Shown piece by piece: positions 58,544-64,000 of a stretch of DNA of 64,000 nucleotides. How positions within the stretch are numbered: position 1 is the first letter of the stretch; each line of letters begins with the position of its first letter. Source of the stretch: Aquificaceae bacterium (GTDB lineage: Bacteria; Aquificota; Aquificia; Aquificales; Aquificaceae); assembly GCA_037925075.1 (NCBI GenBank), contig JAXSNR010000002.1, positions 224,001-288,000 of the forward strand, written 5' to 3'. Position numbers and translations under genes: made by a program. Below the pieces are notes generated by a model. The model was not told the DNA's origin and searched no databases. It worked only from the letters and a program-made list of their open reading frames with translations.

Positions 58544-59136
58544 CAGTATCGCTCTTCCTTCCATGGGTCTCCTTTCATATTGTACCCCCTCTGCTCCCAA
58601 AAGCCGGGAGCATCCTCTTTGAGTAGTTCTATACCCCACACATACTTGGCGCTTTTCCATGCGTAAAGCTTTGGAACCACAAGCCTAAGGGGATATCCAT
58701 GCCTCAAAGGTATAGGTCTTCCGTACATTTTGTGGGCAAGTAGGCTATCTTCTTCATAAAGATATTCAAGGGGTAGGTTGGTGGTGTATCCTTCAAGGCA
58801 ATGAACCATAACATACTTAGCGCCAATCTTGGGCTTTGCCAAGCTTAGTATGTATGAGGTTTGTACACCTTCCCACTCCATTTCCTTTACACTCCAACGA
58901 GTTACGCAGTGAAAATCCGCAACAAGCCTTACAGAGGGCATACTTAAAAGCTCATCGTAGGTTAGCTCAAGGGGGTTTTCCACAAGACCAAAGACCTTAA
59001 AACGATAATCCCTTGTGTCCCAGTTGGGAATCTCATCCACTATGTCATAAACTATGGGGGCGGATATCCACCTCTGACCGGGTGGTAATCTGTCTTCCCT
59101 TAGGTTTATGGAGCTTATGATGGTTTTTCTTTCCAT
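58540..59136 (-). CDS. Sulfite oxidase-like molybdopterin oxidoreductase (no export signal)
   Basis: RLPPGQ, DFHCVTRWS, HGYPLRL, WKSAKY, GFWEQRGY. Confidence 0.88.
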   Translation of the reverse strand: MERKTIISSINLREDRLPPGQRWISAPIVYDIVDEIPNWDTRDYRFKVFGLVENPLELTYDELLSMPSVRLVADFHCVTRWSVKEMEWEGVQTSYILSLAKPKIGAKYVMVHCLEGYTTNLPLEYLYEEDSLLAHKMYGRPIPLRHGYPLRLVVPKLYAWKSAKYVWGIELLKEDAPGFWEQRGYNMKGDPWKEERYW

Positions 59137-59191
59137 GTTTGTCTATTATAGGTTTTCTTCTCACCTGCGTACTGCTTTAGGTCAGTTTTGC

Positions 59192-59220
59192 TTGACAATA
59201 TATAAGTGATTGCTTACTAT
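59192..59220 (+). promoter_or_regulatory. Sigma-70 promoter with an operator-like inverted repeat; probable leaderless start at 59227
   Basis: TTGACA-N17-TACTAT, then 6 nt to ATG; TAAG-TGATTG-CTTA within the spacer. Confidence 0.65.
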
Positions 59221-59226
59221 ATTCAT

Positions 59227-60363
59227 ATGTTCTATATATCAAAGGTAAGCCTACCCTTTTTTTTCCTTGCGGTGCTGGACCTTTTTTATTCCCTGATCAT
59301 CAAGGTAATCCTTCCTGATCCTAAAGCGGTGTGGATAACTGCGGTCTTTGGTTTTGTAGCTCATACCATAGTGTCCGCCATGTATCAGATAGTTCCAAAC
59401 TCTCAGGGCAAACCTCTTAGGCTCTGGTGGGTTTCCTACATAGTATTTCTTTTAAGCCTGTTTTCCTCTTTGCTGTTTTATACTTTCCAGTGGCTCTATG
59501 GGGCTTCTGTATATTTTCTTGCCTCTCTTTTGTTTGCGGTAAATATACTTTTGTCTGTCAAGAATTGGCAACCCATAACCGTCAAGTTTTTGGCTCTTGG
59601 CACTCTATATTTGCTTCTTGCAAGCTTTTTTCTTATTCTCTCGGAGCTTGGTTATGTTCCTTTTTCTCTTGCGGTTCATAGCCTGACGCTGGGCTTTATG
59701 CTTAATGTGGTTGTTGGCGTGGAATTGGCTTGGATACCCATGCTTTATATGGAGTCTCTTAACTTAGTCCTTAGTAAAAGGCTCTTTTATTTAAGTTTAG
59801 TTTATCTCCCTGTTTTTCTTGCGAGTTTTTACCTTCTTGATTATGGGCTTATTGCCCTAACGGGCTTTCTCACCTTAGCCTTTGTGGGCTACTTTCTTTA
59901 CCTGATCTACCTTGTCTTTTCCAAAAGACGCATGCCCAAGGAGATTCCTCTGGTGGTAAGGTATTTTATCCTTGCCCTTGTTATACTACCCTTTGGTCTT
60001 CTTTTCGGTTTTGTTATGGCAAGCCAAAATATAGTCTCCTTTCTCATCCCTATCCACTTTGACCTTTTGGTGTATGGCTTTACTGGAACAACCATAATGG
60101 GTGGGCTGGCACACCTATATCCGAGAATCCTTTATAACTGGAAGTTTTCGGGAAAACAGGGTATTTCCATATCAGACCTTGTTGATGAACAAACCCTAAG
60201 AAAGCTTCTTCCTTTGGTGCCTTTATGTCTGTCTTGGATGGTTCTTGCGGATGCTTATGGAAAGCCCATTGCCTTTGTTTCAAGCCTTCCCTATACGCTC
60301 CTGTGGTTGTATTTTGTAAGGTCTGTTCTTATAAAACCCTTGCTTTTCAAGCCTACCAGCTGA
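59227..60363 (+). CDS. Polytopic membrane protein with a three-fold internal repeat (NnrS/heme-copper-oxidase-like)
   Basis: About 11-12 hydrophobic segments; repeated ...GF......G/S.....P motifs. Confidence 0.65.
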   Translation: MFYISKVSLPFFFLAVLDLFYSLIIKVILPDPKAVWITAVFGFVAHTIVSAMYQIVPNSQGKPLRLWWVSYIVFLLSLFSSLLFYTFQWLYGASVYFLASLLFAVNILLSVKNWQPITVKFLALGTLYLLLASFFLILSELGYVPFSLAVHSLTLGFMLNVVVGVELAWIPMLYMESLNLVLSKRLFYLSLVYLPVFLASFYLLDYGLIALTGFLTLAFVGYFLYLIYLVFSKRRMPKEIPLVVRYFILALVILPFGLLFGFVMASQNIVSFLIPIHFDLLVYGFTGTTIMGGLAHLYPRILYNWKFSGKQGISISDLVDEQTLRKLLPLVPLCLSWMVLADAYGKPIAFVSSLPYTLLWLYFVRSVLIKPLLFKPTS

Positions 60364-61069
60364 AGTCTCTTCCTAAATATACCTCCCTTACCTCTTCCCT
60401 TTCGCTCACCTCGTGGGGCTTGCCCTCAGCCAGTATTCTACCGTCGCTTATTACATAGACCCTGTCTACCATCCTTATGGTTTCTCTTACGTTGTGGTCT
60501 GTTATGAGTATGCCTATGTTTTGAGCCTTTAGGTTAATTATCATGGACCTTATGTCCGCTATCATTATAGGGTCTATGCCTGTAAAGGGTTCATCAAAGA
60601 AGATGTATTTTGGCTTTGGTATGAGAGATCTGGCAACCTCAAGCCTTCTCTTTTGACCGCCAGAAAGCCTTCCAGCCTTCTGGTCTTTTAGTTCCCAAAG
60701 TCCAAAGTCCGCAAGAAGCTCCTCCGCCCTTGCAAGCTGTGATTCCTTTCCTTCTTCAAAGAATTCAAGGAATATGAGAAGATTTTCAAGGACCGTAAGG
60801 TCTTCAAAAAGGGTATGCTCCTGAGGGAGAAAAGTTATACCCTTCCTTGCCCTCTTGTGGGCTGGCAGGTGCGTTATTTCCTCCTCGTCCAATTCTATTT
60901 TCCCATCATCTACTGGCAGAAAACCAACAAGGCAGTTAAAAAGAGTTGTTTTGCCCGCACCGTTGGGACCCAAAAGCCCCACCACCTCCCCCCTCTCAAT
61001 CTCAAGGTCTATGCCCTTTAAAATCTCTCTTTTTTTAAAGCTCTTTTTTATTCCCCTTGCTACCAGCAC
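60353..61069 (-). CDS. lptB: LPS export ABC ATPase
   Basis: GPNGAGKTT, LSGGQKRR.E, DEPF.GIDP, ITDHNVRET, VYLG. Confidence 0.93.
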   Translation of the reverse strand: MLVARGIKKSFKKREILKGIDLEIERGEVVGLLGPNGAGKTTLFNCLVGFLPVDDGKIELDEEEITHLPAHKRARKGITFLPQEHTLFEDLTVLENLLIFLEFFEEGKESQLARAEELLADFGLWELKDQKAGRLSGGQKRRLEVARSLIPKPKYIFFDEPFTGIDPIMIADIRSMIINLKAQNIGILITDHNVRETIRMVDRVYVISDGRILAEGKPHEVSEREEVREVYLGRDFSW

Positions 61070-61092
61070 CCTAAAAATTTTAAACTATTGGC

Positions 61093-61749
61093 ATGATACC
61101 CATAAGAGATGTAAATCCTCACAACCACTTTCCCGTAGTAAACCTTGGCATAATACTGACCTGTTCCCTATTGTGGCTTTATGAAGTAAGTCTTTCCGAT
61201 GAGGACCTACATCTTTTTATATATCACTATGGGCTTGTGCCCGCTTACCTTTTTGAAAGACCCCAAACCCTTTTGAGCCATATGTTTTTGCATGGTAGCT
61301 GGCTTCATGTAATAGGTAATATGTGGTTTTTGTGGGTATTTGGAGACAATGTGGAAGACAGGATGGGTAAGCTTAGATATTTTTTCTTCTACATACTTTC
61401 TGGGCTTGGTGCGGCGGTGATCCAGATGCTTGTCAGCCTCCTGTTTGGTGGGGCGAATATTCCCATGGTGGGTGCAAGCGGTGCAATAAGTGGAGTTCTT
61501 GGTGCGTACCTATGGATGTTCCCCCATGCCAGAATACTTGCGCTTGTTCCCATGTTCTTTTTCCTCACCTTTATGGAGCTTCCCGCGGTTTTCTTCATAG
61601 GCATGTGGATATTCATACAGGTCATAAACGGGCTTATCACCTTACCTTTGGCGGGGGTTGGTGGTGTGGCATGGTTTGCCCATATTGGTGGCTTTGTGGT
61701 TGGGTATTTTCTTGCAAAAAGGCTATACAGGAGAAGATGGTACGATTAA
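61093..61749 (+). CDS. Rhomboid intramembrane protease
   Basis: MIPIRD, MFLHG.WLH..GNM, GASG, AHIGGF. Confidence 0.93.
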   Translation: MIPIRDVNPHNHFPVVNLGIILTCSLLWLYEVSLSDEDLHLFIYHYGLVPAYLFERPQTLLSHMFLHGSWLHVIGNMWFLWVFGDNVEDRMGKLRYFFFYILSGLGAAVIQMLVSLLFGGANIPMVGASGAISGVLGAYLWMFPHARILALVPMFFFLTFMELPAVFFIGMWIFIQVINGLITLPLAGVGGVAWFAHIGGFVVGYFLAKRLYRRRWYD

Positions 61750-61752
61750 CGC

Positions 61753-62815
61753 CTAAATAACCTGCACCTCATACTTAGAATGCTCAAAGGTAAGCTTGTA
61801 CTTATCCATTGCCTTACCTCCTACTTCTGCAAAAGGATACATGAATTCATTGAGCGGCTCTCCGCTTGACATGGGTGGATTTAACTGAAAATCTCTTGCA
61901 TAATTGAAGGCTACCCAATGCACATCCCATCCACCGAACATGAACTCCCTTATCTGCTGAACTTTTGTATGTTTCAGGTCAAGCTGTTCCTCAAGTATCA
62001 ATTTCCTAACATCCGCTGGGTCTGCGGGTATCCACCTTCCCAAATAGAACTCTGCCCTACAGTGCTGTGCCTTTGTAGCATCACCTTGGACTGAGGATAT
62101 TCCCTTTGAAAGCTCAGAAGGTAATACCCTTATACCAAAGATTTCTCTCGCCGGTATTCCAGAGGCTCTACAAAGGGCAACAAACAGAGAGTTAATGTCT
62201 GTGCACTTCCCACCGAAATATCCACTTTCAAGCATACTCTTTACATCTCCAACACCACAACCGAGGACCTTTGGGTCCCTAAAGGTGTTTTCCACAACCC
62301 AGTTGTATATGGCCCTGACCTTGTCCAAGTCGTTTTTTGCCTTTTTTGTTATTTTTTTCCGCATACTCCTTAACTATACCATCAGTTTGTATGTGCCTTG
62401 TGGGTTTGAGATAAAGGGCAACATCCTGTGGGATTTTTCCATTTTTGGTGGGTAGGCTTTCCCATTTTATCTTATCCCTGTCCCATATCTCAACATAGAA
62501 AGCAATTTCTGCGATTTTTTTATCTGAACTATTTTGGAACTCCATATACAGTATAGGTGTATCGTAGACGCTTTCCCTTGTTAGCCATATCTTGGAGGCA
62601 TTGCCACTGACCTCTATATCCATAAGCCTTTGATAGGATGTATTCATAGGGACAGGAATCCATAGCCTTGTGGCGTCTTTGTAAGGTAGTTCCACATTGT
62701 ATATAAGCTTTATTCGCTTTTTGTTTGTTTGCTTTTCATCCAATGTTTTGGTAAAAGCCCTGGGTACAAGAAGGAATCCAAGAGCAAAAGCTTTCAATAA
62801 GGTTCTCCTTTCCAT
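61753..62815 (-). pseudogene. Transglutaminase-like periplasmic protein split by a +1 frameshift (or a sequencing error)
   Basis: The 5' ORF has Tat-like MERRTLLK; the 3' ORF has GGKCTD, QHCRAEF and ADPAD. Deleting one base from the T7 run at 62352-62358 joins them (KEYAEKITKKAKND). Confidence 0.8.
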
Positions 62816-62931
62816 GTTTCACCTCCAGTAGTAGTGATGTTAGTAATATAGGGGTGTTTTTGTCGTTGATCATCAGAAATATTCAAAGCTTTAGTGGAGA
62901 TTTTTAAGAAAAGTTCAAACTAACACTCTTA

Positions 62932-62946
62932 TGTAACTTTATTACA
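62932..62946. promoter_or_regulatory. Inverted repeat, candidate Crp/Fnr-family site upstream of the cytochrome gene
   Basis: TGTAA-CTTTA-TTACA. Confidence 0.45.
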
Positions 62947-63003
62947 GACATAAGCTCACTTTCTTAACAGAATATAAAACAAAACCTTTAAGGAGGTGCT
63001 GTC

Positions 63004-63477
63004 ATGAAGAAGCTTTTAGCTGTAGGAATGCTGGCAGGCTTTAGCCTTGCTCTGGCAGAGGCTTTTAAGGTTGCTCCTGAGAAATACAGGAGCTGGAACC
63101 ATGTAAAGAGCATGGTCATATTTGACCAGAAGCATCCACTCTTTAATCCCTTTAGTGGCATCCATCACGTTTATGTGAACGATAAGGGATTAGACACCAT
63201 AAAAAAGGATGGGAAAAGGAGCTTCCCAGATGGAACGGTTATAGCCATAGTCTTTTATGAGCATGTGCAGGACAATGGGGCCTATGTGGAGGGTGCCAAG
63301 AGGATAGAAGCCTTTATGGTAAAGGACAGTAAGAAATACAAAGCCACCGACGGCTGGGGCTACTATGGGTATGATGGTAAGGGTAATAACTTGGTCAAAG
63401 ACATGGCAAAGGACTGTCATTCATGCCATGCTCAGGTAAAGGACAAGGACTTTGTGTTTTCCGTTTGGACCAAATAG
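63004..63477 (+). CDS. Cytochrome P460-family protein, probably cytochrome c'-beta
   Basis: Signal peptide, HHVYVN, FPDGTVI, MVKD, GWGY, C-terminal CHSCH, DFVF. Confidence 0.85.
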   Translation: MKKLLAVGMLAGFSLALAEAFKVAPEKYRSWNHVKSMVIFDQKHPLFNPFSGIHHVYVNDKGLDTIKKDGKRSFPDGTVIAIVFYEHVQDNGAYVEGAKRIEAFMVKDSKKYKATDGWGYYGYDGKGNNLVKDMAKDCHSCHAQVKDKDFVFSVWTK

Positions 63478-63480
63478 AAT

Positions 63481-63999
63481 TTACGGGCGGGCTATTCCTG
63501 CCCGCCTTTTTAAAGCTTCGTAGTCTTTAATAAAGAGCTTGCCCCTGCAAAGCTCCACAAGTCCCTCCCTTTCCATCTCCTTTAAAACTCTGCTCACCAC
63601 CACCCTAACGCTTCCCACATCCTTGGCTATCTCTTCGTGAGTTTTTTCAATAAACCCCTTCCCTTCGGTGCACGAAAGTATGTAGTTTATAAGCCTCTCC
63701 TCCACCCTTTCTGACACAAGGGAGTTAAACATACCCATTACAGAAAGGAAGTTTTCCGAAAGAACCTTCATGAAAAGTGCTCTCCACCAGTGGTTTTCCT
63801 CAAACCATCTGAGGGCTACATCACCCGGCACCATAAAAATTAGAGAATCCTCCTCTGCCCTTGTGTAAGCTGGGTATTCTTTTGATGAATAAACCGTAAT
63901 CATGGCAAGTATGCACATCTGACCGGGCACCACTCTGTAGAGAGTAAGTTCTCTGCCCGAGTCGGATATGAGGTAAACCTTTAGCTCCCCCTCTTTTAC
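63481..63999 (-). CDS. Crp/Fnr family transcriptional regulator (5' end outside the window)
   Basis: Frame open to the window edge: VKEGELKVYLISDSGRELTLYRV..GQMCIL; HTH THEEIAKDVGSVRVVVSRVLK. Confidence 0.9.
   Translation of the reverse strand, partial: VKEGELKVYLISDSGRELTLYRVVPGQMCILAMITVYSSKEYPAYTRAEEDSLIFMVPGDVALRWFEENHWWRALFMKVLSENFLSVMGMFNSLVSERVEERLINYILSCTEGKGFIEKTHEEIAKDVGSVRVVVSRVLKEMEREGLVELCRGKLFIKDYEALKRRAGIARP
63486..63511 (+). terminator. Intrinsic terminator after the cytochrome gene, embedded in the 3' end of the convergent regulator
   Basis: GGCGGGC-TATTCCT-GCCCGCC-TTTTT. Confidence 0.75.
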
Positions 64000-64000
64000 A

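Noticed and set aside
63004..63477. True cytochrome P460, implying hydroxylamine oxidation or nitrification
   Set aside because: The cross-linking Lys position appears to be Ile, and no amo or hao genes are in the window.

Overview
A gene-dense chromosomal window from a thermophilic bacterium, most likely Aquificaceae (Hydrogenobacter/Thermocrinis/Aquifex-like). The taxon is inferred from the Aquifex-type SQR, the stand-alone nuoEF, petABC and the protein styles. The 1-13.9 kb segment is a flagellin O-glycosylation locus. It holds maf, pseI, pseB, pseC, an aldo/keto reductase, deletion-scarred methyltransferase/amidotransferase/hisH/hisF remnants, a GNAT, a cytidylyltransferase fused to a class III aminotransferase, and a coiled-coil PD-(D/E)XK gene. 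It sits divergent from a sigma-28 flagellin-flaG-fliD-fliS-fliT operon. The 14-32 kb segment carries redox, respiratory and housekeeping genes (ispB, trxB, ahpC, a c-heme GGDEF protein, mutS2, sqr divergent from petABC, rlmN, lepB, tlyA). The spc and alpha ribosomal operons (32.5-42.5 kb) are detached from the S10 operon. Beyond 42.6 kb lie an ArsA/GET3-like ATPase, udg, nuoEF, mqnD, lpxD, skp, clpX, clpP, tig, tRNA-Leu(TAG), glcF, galE, rseP, tal, lptB, a frameshifted transglutaminase-like gene, a cytochrome c'-beta-like gene and a partial Crp/Fnr regulator. The best candidate for a new system is a pseudaminic-acid pathway extended by an oxidoreductase/aminotransferase pair that could make an extra-aminated nonulosonate for flagellin. 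No CRISPR array, IS element, integrase or rRNA was seen. All calls come from motif reading only; no database searches were run.
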